Origin: Malacoraja senta
Lineage: Eukaryota
Direction of reading: 5' to 3'
NCBI GenBank assembly: GCA_038087875.1
Contig: CM075988.1
Location: forward strand, 21,516,001 to 21,580,000
DNA length: 64,000 nucleotides
The notes under the pieces are model-generated. The model did no database searches. It saw nothing but the letters and a program-made list of their open reading frames with translations, and was not told the origin of the DNA. Position numbers and translations under genes: made by a program. Below are positions 47,758 to 59,270 of this stretch, piece by piece (positions within the stretch are counted from its first letter, which is position 1; each line of letters starts with the position of its first letter).

Positions 47758-48409
47758 AGCAACAGAGGGTTGATCCCCAGTGAATTTCTCCAGGAGAGGC
47801 TGTTATAAATGCCCGCTGAAACAGCTGCCATAAACCATTAATTGTAATGAGTATTACTTTAATTCTACAAGATATAAATTAAAAATTAATGCATTAATTT
47901 AGTGAGACAAAATCTGTTTAATGAATATTAAATTATAGGGAGTAATGAAATGAAAGAGCCTATCATTTTTTTGTCGTAAAAAGATTTATCTGAAGGTGTG
48001 CAATCAATTTGTTATACTAAACTTTTACCTGGTAGAATTACCTTATTCTTTTCATTAAATTCAAAACTCTGCGAGGAATAAATATATCATCTATAATCGC
48101 TGAGTCGCTCTCTCTCCTCTCCCACCCATGTAGTCCTGTGACAAAGGGGATGTACTAGTTGTGTGTCACTGCTCACTGAGCCTGCTGATGAAGTTTGTTC
48201 ATTAGTTTGGCTCCTGGTGAATGCGGGCAACACATACTCCACCTCAACTTGTTGCAAATGCTGCTCCTTCTACTAAACCAGGAACAATCCACAGAATCAC
48301 ACAGTGTGGAAACAGGCCCTTTGGCCAAACCTGCCCACACCGGCCAACAGGTCCCATCTACACTGGTCCCACCTGTCTGTGTTTGGCCCATATCCCTCCA
48401 AACCATGTC

Positions 48410-49262
48410 CAAAGGACAAAGGACAAAGGACAAAGGACATTTATTGTCACGTACACCAAATGGTGTAGTGAAATTTGTCTTGACAAACTAGACACAACAT
48501 TAAAGAAAGAAATGTAACATAAAACATAAAAACATCCCCCACAATGGTTCCCACTGTGGGGGAAGGCACAAAGTCCATTCCCCATCCCATGTCCACCCAT
48601 AGTCGGGCCTATTGAGGCCTCCACAGTCACCTTCACGGAGGCCCGATGTTCCAGGCCGTTCTCGCCGGGTGATGGTGCTCCGGCGTCGGGAGAATCCTCT
48701 CAGCGGCTTGGGACACCTGGAACGGCCGCTTCCTTACCGGAGACCGCGGCTTCCGAAGCCAACAGGCCGCGCTGAGTGGAGCTCCAACACTGGCGATCTC
48801 CGCGAGAGATCCCAGGCTCCCGATGTAAAGTACAGCACTGCCGCCCGCGGCTGGCCGCTCCACAGACCCGCAGCTCCGCGATGTTTCACCGGCGGTCCCA
48901 GCATACCGGAGTTCCAGCGCGGCGACCCGGGCAAGGCATCGCCCCGCTCCGCTCCGCGATAGCGCTCCAGCGCTGTGCCGCCGCCGAAGCCGAGGTCCTG
49001 GGCGGTCCCCTCAGGAAACGCCGCTCCAGGCCCGCTGGTAGGCCGCGAGGACGGGTCGAAGGTGCAGCCCGGAGAAAAGCTGCCTCTCCGCCCAGGTAGG
49101 GACCCTAGAAAGTAGTTTCCCCCTCCCCCTCCCCCCCCCACCCACCACATAAAAAAGAATAGAACTCCTAAAAAACAAAACAACTAACTAACTAAAAATA
49201 AGAAAAAAGATGAAACGGACAGCTGCAGGCTGGGCAGCCATACCACACAGGACGGCGCCCCC
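48410..49262 (-). mobile_element. GC-rich non-coding retroposon with Rex1-type 3' tail (longest copy)
   Basis: Minus strand 3' end caaatttcactacaccatttggtgtacgtgacaataaat + (GTCCTTT)4; body shared with 24475-24843 and 57740-57967; inserted in a CR1 tail. Confidence 0.7.
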
Positions 49263-49296
49263 AGGGAAGGGGGAACAAAAAGGTTGACCTGTCTAA

Positions 49297-49492
49297 GGTT
49301 GATAAAAAGCTGGAGAAACTCAGCGGGTGAGGCAGCATCTATGGAGCGAAGGAATGGGTGACGTTTCGGGTCGAGATGACCCGAAACATCACCCATTCCT
49401 TCGCTCCAAAGATGCTGCCTCACCCGCTGAGTTTCTCCAGCTTTTTGTCTACCTTCGATTTTTCCAGCATCTGCAGTTCTTTCTTAAACATG
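49297..49492. mobile_element. Fold-back pair of PLE terminal units
   Basis: Inverted arms meeting at gggtcgagatgaccc; flanks acctgtctaa / acccgtctaa. Confidence 0.8.
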
Positions 49493-49782
49493 TACCCGTC
49501 TAATTGTTTCTTAAATGTTGGGATAGTCCCTGCCTCAACTACCTCCTCTGGCAGCTCGTTCCATGCACCCACCACCCTTTGTGTGAAAAAGGTACCACTC
49601 AGATTCCGATTAAATCTTTTCCCCTTCGCCTTAAACCTATGTCCTCTCTCTTGACTTTACATTTTGTCTTTGTGTTTGGCCTGATTGTAGCGGTAGAGTT
49701 GCTGCCTCACAACGCCAGAGATCCGGGTTCGATCCTGACTACAGGTGCTGTCTGTACGGAGTTTGTACGTTCCCCCCACGAC

Positions 49783-50466
49783 CTAGCTTCTTTCAGCTTC
49801 GGACGATAGCTAAAATAAAACAATTCCTCCAGTTTGATGACCTCGAAAAGATCATCCACACATTCATCTCCTCCCGCCTAGATTACTGCAACTCCTTTTA
49901 CACTGGCATCAGCCAATCTTCCCTGTCCCGCCTGCAACTGGTCCAAAACTCCGCAGCGAGACTCCTGACGGGCACCCGAAAAAGGGACCACATCACCCCG
50001 ATCCTGGCCTCTCTCCACTGGCTCCCTGTGCGGTTCCGTATAAACTTCAAGATCCTCCTCCATGTCTACAAAGCCCTCAATGGGCGTGCACCCACCTACA
50101 TTAAAAGTCTTCTCACCCACCACACCACCTCCAGGTCCCTCAGATCGGCCGACTTGGGGTTGCTGAATATCCCACGGTCTAGGCATAAGCTCAGGGGCGA
50201 CCGCGCCTTTGCGGTTGCAGCTCCTAGACTGTGGAACAGCATCCCTCTTCCCATCAGAACTGCCCCCTCCATCGACTCGTTTAAGTCAAGACTAAAGACT
50301 TAACTATACTCCCAAGCCTTTCCTGACATCCTCTGAGTGAGGGCTACATGTATATATGTACGTAGTTTGTTTTGTTTGTGCTATTCTTATAACAAATGTA
50401 AAGCACTTTGGCCAACGAGAGTTGTTTTTTAAATGTGCTATATAAATAAATGTGACTTGACTTGAC
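49783..50466 (+). mobile_element. L2-clade LINE 3' fragment inserted in an HE1-like SINE (49688-50665)
   Basis: Near-identical to 23785-24470; (GACTT)n tail; the SINE resumes cctgtgtgggttt. Confidence 0.9.
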
Positions 50467-50719
50467 CTGTGTGGGTTTACTCCGGGTGCTCGGATTTCTT
50501 CCCACTTTCCAAAAATGTACAGGTTTGTAGGCTGATTGGCTTCGGTAAAATTGTAAATTGTCCCTAGTGTGTGTAAGGTAGTGTTAGCGTACGGTGGTCG
50601 CTGGGCAGCATGGACTTGGTGGGCCGAAGGGCCTGTTTCCGTGCTGTATCTCTAAACTTAAGTAAACTATAGTATCGTCTGATTTCATTGGATAGCATGC
50701 AAACAAAAGCACTTCACTT

Positions 50720-51055
50720 GAAGAGAATTCTTCATAGACGCAGCCCAGACCATCACACAAGCCAACCTCCCTTATACCTCATGCTGCCTCGGCAAGGCCA
50801 GCAGCATAATCAAGGACGAGTCACACCTTGACCACTCCCTCTTCTCCCCTCTCCCATCAGGCAGTGTGAAAACACAAACCACCAGATTCTGGGACAGTTT
50901 CTTCCCGGCTGTTATCAGGCAACTGAACAATCCTACCACAACCAGAGAGCAGTGATGAACTACTATCTACCTACCTCGGTACACATGACAATAAACTCAA
51001 CTAAGTTAAACACTGTACCTCGCTACGCGTGACAATAATAAAATTAAACCTAAAC
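50720..51055 (+). mobile_element. Old Rex1/Babar-like 3' end
   Basis: Same family as 14113-14680. Confidence 0.7.
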
Positions 51056-51670
51056 CCTCTGGCCGATAATCTGTTCAGGCTTCGGAAGCAACTAACAGCT
51101 TCTTCATCGGAACGCTTGGTTCAGAAGCAAATTACCACCTTGTGTTTGTTTTAGAATCTATTTCTTTCAGAAGAAAGTTCTTTCTGACGGAGGAACTTGC
51201 TTCACTGATGAATGAACTTTCTAACCAGCATTGACTGTGAGGTAACTCATTCAGAACAACAAATGAAGCTTGCACGGCAGTAATCTGATGCAAATATGTT
51301 AAGGTTCTTCTATAGGGAGGGAGAGTGGATCAGAGGATTAATTACTAACATCTGCTGGCGGGTTTTTGGACCGGCCCTCCCTGGTGCTCTGCATAAAAAA
51401 TATCTCGTCTGTCTGAGAACTGTGCAAAGACAACACAACATTGAAAACTAACTGCTGTCAGAAATAAGCACTTGCTCCAGCAAAGGAGAAGTATTCTGTG
51501 TAGAGAGAATGGCAACTCACATTTCACTCTACCTTAATGGGTTAAGTGACTACAAATGCGAATTTGAACTTAACCTTGAGTGTTTAGTTTAATTTAGTTT
51601 AGAGATACAGTGGTGAAACAGGCCCTTCGGCCCACCGAGTCTGCACTGACCAGCAATCCTCGTACGCTAA

Positions 51671-52000
51671 TAGCCCTGTCCCACGGTACGAGTTCATTCC
51701 AAGAGCTCTCCCGATTTAACAAAAAATCAAACTCATGGTAAGCACGGAGAATGAACGTAGCGGGTACGTCGGAGCTCGGGGACGTCCCTTAGCGGCTCGT
51801 AACGCTAACGGCAGGTACTCGGGAAGACTCGCTAACGGCAGGTAAGCACGGGAAGACTCGTGAAAATTTTTCAACATGTTGAAAAATGTCCACGAGAGCC
51901 CCGAGTACCGACGAGTGGCCATTACCGTAAATCTCCGAGTTCGAATCAGGGCAAACTCGGGAGAGCTCTTGGAATGAACTCGTACCGTGGGACAGGGCTT
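51671..52000. mobile_element. Harbinger-type MITE, family B copy 3 (330 bp), inserted in a SINE (51583-52232)
   Basis: TAA at 51668-51670 and 52001-52003; TIR of about 44 bp, perfect except for the first base. Confidence 0.9.
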
Positions 52001-52913
52001 TAACACTACCCTACACACCTATAGGGCCAATTTACATTTATACCAAACCAATTAATCTACAAACCTGTACGTCTTTAGAGTGTGGGAAGAAACTGAAGAT
52101 CTTGGAGAAAACCCCACGCAGGTCACAGGGAGAACGTGCAAACTCCGTACAGACAGCACCCGTAGTCGTCATTGAACACGGGTTCCTGGCGCTGTGAGTC
52201 AGCAACTCTACTGCTGCGCCACTGTGCCGCCCCTTGGTAGGTGGTACTGTAGGTGCCTGGAACCTGGTGCCAGGGGAGATGGTTGAAGCAGATGCGATTG
52301 TAATGTTTAAGAGATATTTCAATGGACGTGAACAGCCTTGGAATAAAGTAATACTGACCAGGAGCGGGCAGGTGGGATTAGTTTAGATTGGCATCAAGGT
52401 TGGTCTGAAGGGTCTGTTCATGTGCTTTGCTTCTACGCTCTAAAGCAGTGACCATGCAATGACCTGCAGGCTTCTCTCCAAGCTCGACATTGCCCTGGCT
52501 TGAAAAATATTGTTGTTCTCACTCCCTCGGTAACAACACAGTGGCAGCATCTTCCCCACAAAGACTGCAGTAGTACAATGTTTTAGATGGATACCAGGCT
52601 TCAGTCTGAAGAAAGGTCCCTGTCCTGAAATAATCATGTATCAATTTCCCTCCCCCGAAGTTGCCTGGCCCACTCAGTTCCTCCAGCATGTTGGGCTTTG
52701 ATCAAGATTCCAGCACCTGCAGTTTCTTGTGTTCCCTCGAGTCACAGCGCCGGGGTCCCAGGTTCAATCCTGACTACGGCCCGACAAACTAAACTAAATA
52801 AAATATATTCCGACAATCATCAGGTTCTTAAACTGACTTCCACAACTCTTACTCCTCATGAGCAATGGAACACTATGGATCATGTCTTACCAGACCAGTG
52901 GACTGGTTTTCTA

Positions 52914-53006
52914 AGGTAGACAAAAGTGCTGGAGAAACTCAGCGGATGCAGCACCATCTATGGAGCGAAGGAAATTGGCAACGTTTCGGGCCGAAACCCT
53001 TCTTCA
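52914..53006 (-). mobile_element. Solo PLE terminal unit with TSD
   Basis: 13-bp TSD gactggttttcta (52901-52913, 53007-53019); intact core 52980-53007. Confidence 0.88.
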
Positions 53007-53259
53007 GACTGGTTTTCTAGTTGTGTTTTGCACTAGGTCTTGTTTTTGCACAGTCTTTGTCTATTCGCTGAGATTTGAATCTGTCTGCAATACTGCTACA
53101 AGCAAGCTTTTCATTTATACCTCTGCATCACCGTACTGATGAGGCACAGGTGACATGATTTGACCAAACAAATACCGATCAAATATTGAGAAGGATCTTG
53201 TCCCAAAAAGTCGCCTATTCCATTTCTTCAGAGATGCTGCCTGTCCTGCTGAGTTATTT

Positions 53260-54420
53260 TAGAAACATAGAAACATAGAAAATAGGTGCAGGAGTAGGCC
53301 ATTCGGCCCTTCGAGCCTGCACCGCCATTTGATATGATCATGGCTGATCATCGAACTCAGTATCCCATCCCTGCCTTCTCTCCATACCCCCTGATCCCTT
53401 TAGCCACAAGGGCCACATCTAACTCCCTCTTAAATATAGCCAATGAACTGGCCTCAACTACCTTCTGTGGCTGAGAATTCCACAGATTCACCACTCTCTG
53501 TGTAAAAAATGATTTCCTCATCTCGGTCCTAAAATTCTTCCCTCTTATCCTTAAACTGTGACCCCTAGTTCTGGACTTCCCCAACATCGGGAATAATCTT
53601 CCTGCATCTAGCCTGTCCAACCCCTTAAGAATTTTGTAAGTTTCTATAAGATCCCCCCTCAGTCTTCTGAATTCCAACGTGTACAAGCCGAGTCTATCCA
53701 GTCTTTCCTCATATGAAAGTCCTGCCATCCCAGGAATCAGTCTGGTGAACCTTCTCTGTACTCCCTCTATGGCAAGAATGTCTTTCCTCAGATTAGGAGA
53801 CCAAAACTGTACGCAATACTCCAGGTGTGGTCTCACCAAGACCCTGTACAACTGCAGTAGAACCTCCCTGCTCTTATACTCAAATCCATTTGCATTTATC
53901 CACATTATACTGCATCTGCCATGCCTTTGCCCACTCACCCAACCTATCCAAGTCACCTTGCAGCCTCCTAGCATCCTCCTCACAGCTAACACTGCCCCCC
54001 AGCTTCGTGTCATCCGCAAACTTGGAGATGTTGCATTCAATTCCCTCATCCAGATCATTAATATATATTGTAAATTGCTGGGGTCCCAGCACTGAGCCTT
54101 GCGGTACCCCACTAGTCACTGCCTGCCATTCTGAAAAGGACCCGTTTACTCCTACTCTTTGCTTCCTGTCTGCTGTACACCAATAGCCAGTTCTCTATCC
54201 ACATCAATACTGAACCCCCAATATCGTGTGCTTTAAGTTTGCATACTAATGTCTTATGTGGGACCTTGTCGAAAGCCTTCTGAAAGTCCAGATATAACAC
54301 ATCCACTGGTTCTCCCCTATCCACTCTACTAATTACATCCTCGAAAAATTGTATAAGATTTGTCAGACATGATTTACCTTTCATAAATCCATGCTGACTT
54401 TGTCCAATGAACTCACCGCT
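53260..54420 (-). mobile_element. CR1/HER1-like LINE fragment with partial RT (internal deletion near 53885)
   Basis: KSCLTNL...YLDFQKAFDKVPH; SGVPQGSVLGP...KFADDTKL; C-terminus LVRPHLEYCVQFWSP. Confidence 0.92.
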
Positions 54421-55539
54421 TAATAAACTTAAGCCTTAAGCTTAGGAAAGGAACTGCAGATGCTGGTTTACACCGAAGATGGACACAAAATGTTGGAGTA
54501 ACGCAACAGGTCAGGCAGCATCTCTGGAGAGAAGGAACTATCTTTGGTGTAAACTTCCTTCCTACAACCCAAAACATCACCTGTTCCTTTTCTCCACAGA
54601 CACTGTCTGACCCACTGAGTTACTCCAGTGTTTTGTGTCCATGTGATCAGCTGCAGTAATATGTGGCACCTCCAGCCTTCCTGTCCCTGCAGTGTTTGTT
54701 TCATAGCAACCATTGGCATCACCTTTGTATTTCTTTGAGGAGATTTTCAATATTCCTACAAGCTGATCAGCAGTATCACACTCTCACATCTGTTGCATGT
54801 GACACAACTGATCAAATTTGTTCCTTTTCATTAAAAAAAAAATTATTATTGAAATACAGTGCACCTTGTTGAGCAGTTCCATTTTCCAGATCAAAACCAC
54901 GTTCCCTAGGGCAGCATTTAACAACTATTAACAAAAGCACTTTTCACCTCAGCTAAATAAGCCGGCGTGTCAAATAAAAGTCTGCACTGCATTTTCTCTA
55001 TTTATACAACATTTCAATCAACCATCTCCTGATAAAATGGCCTTACGAATATGGTAATCTGGGCATTTCTTTGCTTGTTTGCTTATGGTACAGACATGAA
55101 TGATGCTTTGTTTTGTTGCCAAGATGCATCTAAGAATGTTTCCCTTGCATCGTGAATGACATGGCAACATTCCACACAGAACGCTCCTGCTTATTTCCCA
55201 TTGATTTTCATCCATTTGTAATATTTGATAAATGTTTATACTGCATTGACTGTACTGATATATATTTGTTTGCGGGATTGGATTCAGCTCGTGGAAGCTT
55301 GTAACTGAAAGGGGGGTAACGGTTAATGTTTCCACAAAGGCAAATATTTCCTGGTCCTCTCTCACCATCTGCAAGATAGCTCGGACATTACAAAACCCTG
55401 GAAGTGGCTTGGTGTGGAACCGGACTTCTTTCTGAGAATACCACGCATCTACATCTTGCTCATAAGCCCTGCCTATTGGTGTACAGCACTTAAAACTGCA
55501 ATCTGTTTTGAGGTAGAGACTTGATTTCTGTTGAGGAAG

Positions 55540-56230
55540 GCTCGCTGGCGCAGCGGTAGAGTTGCTGCCTGACAGCGCCCGACGACCCGGGCTCGATCCG
55601 GACTACGGGGGTGCTGTCTGTGCGGAGTTTGTACGTTCTCCCCGTGACCTGCGTGGGTTTTCACCGAGATCTTCGGTTTCCTCCCACACTCCAAACACGT
55701 ACAGGTTTTGTAGGTTAATTGGCTTGGTGTAAGTGTGAATTGTCAAGTCAAGTCAAGTCAAGTCAAGTGAGTTTATTGTCATGTGTCCCTGGTAGGACAA
55801 TGAAATTCTTGCTTTGCTTGAGCACAACAGAACATAGTAGGCATTTACTACAAGGCATTCTATAAATATATACACAATGGTCAATATACTGATAAAGTGC
55901 AAATAACAGTATTGGCTAGTAAAGTTCAGTGTTTTGTCCGAGCCAGGTCTAATAGCCTGATGGCTGTGGGGAAGTAGCTGTTCCTGAACCTGGTCGTTGC
56001 AGTCTTCAGGCTCCTGTACCTTCTACCTGAAGGTAGTAGGGAGATGAGTGTGTGGCCAGGATGGTGTGGGTCCTTGATGATGCTGCCAGCCTTTTTGAGG
56101 CAGCGACTGTGTAGATCCCCTCGATGTCCCTAGTGTGTGTAGGATAGTGTTAATGTGCGGGGATCGCTGGTCGACACGGACCCGGTGGGCCGAAGGACTG
56201 TTCTCGCGCTGTATCTCCAAACTAAATACA
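55540..56230 (+). mobile_element. HE1-like SINE interrupted by a Rex1-like 3' end (about 55745-56124, minus strand)
   Basis: The insert has an (ACTTG)n tail and KAGSIIKDPHHPGH...LPSGRRYRSL...YFPTAIRLL coding. Confidence 0.8.
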
Positions 56231-56580
56231 AGTCACTAGTATTTAATGGTCATATATACTGAAAACAGAACAATGAAACACTTACTTGCAGCAGCAAAAC
56301 AGAACCCATAGATACTGTAACATAATAACCCAAAAATATTGAATACATTTAAGCCCACCGTAAACTCCACACAGACAGCATGTGAGGTCAGGATTGAGGC
56401 AGTGGTCCTGAGGGGGCGCTAGAGAGTGGGTTGAGAATGGTCCTGACCTCCCAGCTACCTCCCATCGCTGGAGACCCTCGGACTATAGTTAATTGGGCTT
56501 TACCTGAATAGATCTTTACTGGACATCAACTTGCACTAAACATTATTCCCTTTATCCTGTACGTATTCAAGAGAGAGTTA

Positions 56581-57163
56581 AAGGCCTGTCTCACGAGTCT
56601 GCGGTCATTTGCGGCGAAACGGGAAGAATCTGCCGCCATAGACCGCGCACGTGAGAACGCACAATTCCGGGGCCGTGCGGCGTTGTTCCCAACACCGCAC
56701 GGTGCTAAAATAAAACCTACACTGTTGAAAACTATATTCTTACCGCACAACCTCCACCAGTGATGCACGAGTGCGGCACGGCCGCCCGCAAGGGGCCGCC
56801 GCCAGTGTGGCTCGAGCACCGTGCGTCAAACTTCCACTGCCACTGCCTCCGCCAGTGAGGCACGTGTGCGGCACGGCCGCAGGCACAGCCACCGCTACAG
56901 CGCCGCGATCAGGACAGCCGCCGCCACAGCCGCCGCTAGTGAGTCACGTGCGGCGGGCCGACGTCATCGCAGTCGGCCCGCCCTTTTTTTTACTTACCGC
57001 AAGCACGTGGGACCAGCCGTATTTGAATCACTCGGCCCCCGCGCAGCATCCGTGCGGCGCTCCCGTGGATAGGCTCGGCGCTCTCGCCGTTGCCGTGCGG
57101 TCCACTCTACAGGCGAAGCCGCGCTTCACCGCCGATGACCGCAAACAGGTAATGACAGAGCCT
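56581..57163 (-). mobile_element. CpG-rich Harbinger-type MITE, family A copy 3, inside a CR1 3' end (56560-57325)
   Basis: Host gagagag-TTA-gatatagc is restored by removing the element and one TTA. Confidence 0.88.
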
Positions 57164-57500
57164 TTAGATATAGCTCTTCGGGCTAACGGAATCAAGGGAT
57201 ATGGGGAGAAAGCAGGAACGGGGTACTGATTTTGGATGATCAGCCATGATCATATGGAATGGCAGTGCTGGCTCGAAGGGCCGAATGGCCTACTCCTGCA
57301 CCTATTTTCTATGTTTCTATGTCTATGTACCTGTACACTGAGGACGGCTTGATTGTAATCATGTGTCGGAAGGAACTGCAGATGCTGGTTTACACCGAAG
57401 ATAGGCACAGAATGCTGGAGTAACTCAGCGGGACAACTCAACCGGTCAGGCAGCATCTCTGGAGAGAAGTAATGGGTGACGTTTCGGGATCAGACCGATT

Positions 57501-57588
57501 TCTGATGAAGTGTCTCAACCCAAAACGTCACCTATTCCTTTTCTCCACAGATGCTGCCTGACCCGCTGAGTTACTCCAGCTTTTTGTG

Positions 57589-57681
<93 letters not shown>

Positions 57682-58407
57682 CTTTATTAATCCCCTTTTC
57701 AGGGAAATTCAGATGTCCTTGCAGCACACTAATAAAAATACAACATAATATTAAAGAAGAAATTTAACATTAAAACATAAAAACATCCCCCCACAGAAGA
57801 TACAAAGTCCAGTCCTCTTCCACTTGTCCACCCATGGTCGGGCCTATTGAGGCCTCCGCAGCCGCTGCCACGCCGGCCCGATGTTTTAAGCCCTTCTCGC
57901 CAGACGATGGAGCTCCGGCGTCGGGAGAACCCTCTCAGCGGCTTGGGACACCTTGATCGGCCCCTTCCTTACCTTGTACACAATCCTATCTCACCGATAC
58001 ACTCTACGTCCTTGCTGAGACAAGAGTTTTCAGTTCACACTAAACATCCTCAGCCCCACCTACAGGCCAACTATTTCTGAAAAATGTCACGATTGGCCAT
58101 CATGTCAGGCCAATTTGCTCAAAATCCTGGAAACATTTAATTTCAAAATGCAATTGGACCCAGAGGATCTGATCTTCATTTTATGCTCATTTTGAAGCAA
58201 GATAATTGCAGGGAATTACTGTACATCGCATTTACACTGGGCTGGAAACATTAGATGACCCAAGCCGGGATGAATGAATGAACATGATGGGCGAAGCATT
58301 CTGAGGGCCTTGTAATTGTTTGTGGCCGACGTCCTGTGGAAAATTCACATCCTGATTTTTCATGTCTCGGACACAAAGGCATGGGAGCGGCACGGTGGCA
58401 CAGCGGT
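57501..58407 (+). repeat. Inverted duplicate of 36535-37063 (interrupted by 57589-57967)
   Basis: Direct reverse-complement match by eye. Confidence 0.9.
57589..57967 (-). mobile_element. GC-rich non-coding retroposon, truncated copy with (ATCT)23 tail
   Basis: (AGAT)n 57589-57680; minus-strand 3' end gaatttccctgaaaaggggattaataaagt; body matches 48500-48735. Confidence 0.7.
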
Positions 58408-58829
58408 AGAGTTGCTGGCTTGCATTTCACTGTTCTGTTTCGAGACACATGACAATAAAACACTCTTCGCTCTTGACTCTCTTAAGTGGGGAGAGGGGGA
58501 GGTGGAGAGAGTCTCTGTTTCTATGGGTGACCGATGGATGGCGTGGGCTCGATGGGCCGAAGGGCCTGTTTCCACATTGTATCTCCAAACTCCTAAGCTT
58601 TGATGTTTCTCATGCAGACAGAAAATTGCAAACCCCTCCAGCATTGGGAAAATGTTGATGTTCAAAGAGACATAAGTGTCCTTGCAAATAAAGCACTCAA
58701 TGAAAGTGTAACAAGTAATTAGAAAGACAAATATTACATTAGCCTTTATTACAAGCGGATTCAAGAACAAGACAGCACGGGGACTTATTCAGTGTATCTT
58801 TCATCTCCTTAGCTGAGAACACATCTACT

Positions 58830-59270
58830 TAGAGTCATAGAATGATACAGCGTGGAAACGGGCCCTTCGTCCCAACGTGCCCACACCGGCCAACATGTCC
58901 CAGCTAGACTAGTCCCACCTGCCAGCAATTGGTCCATAGCCCTCCAAACCTGACCTATCCATATACATGTCGAACTATTTCTTAAACGTTGCGATAGTCC
59001 CTGCCTCAACTACCTCCTCTGGCAGCTTGTTCCATACACCCACCCGTCAGATTTGTGTGGAATAGTTACCCTTCAAGTTCCTATTAAATCTTTTCCCCTT
59101 CACCTTGAACTTATGTCCTGTGGTCCTCAATTCACCTACTCCAGGCAAGAGACTCTGTGCGTCTACCCGATCTATTCCTCTGATGATCTTATACATCTCT
59201 ATAAGATCACCCCTCATCCTACTGCGCTTCAAGGAATAGAGTCCCAGCCTAGTCGACCTCTCCCTATAGC
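58830..59270 (-). mobile_element. CR1/HER1-like LINE 3' fragment
   Basis: RMRGDLIEMYKIIRGIDRVDAQSLLP in ORF 59047..59328, SINE-shared tail. Confidence 0.85.

Noticed and set aside
55018..55374. 118-aa ORF in unique sequence
   Set aside because: Non-ATG start, no recognisable motif or splice structure; compatible with chance.
56405..56421. Second CTCF-like motif (tcctgagggggcgcta)
   Set aside because: The 5' half of the core mismatches and it lies at a junction of repeat fragments.
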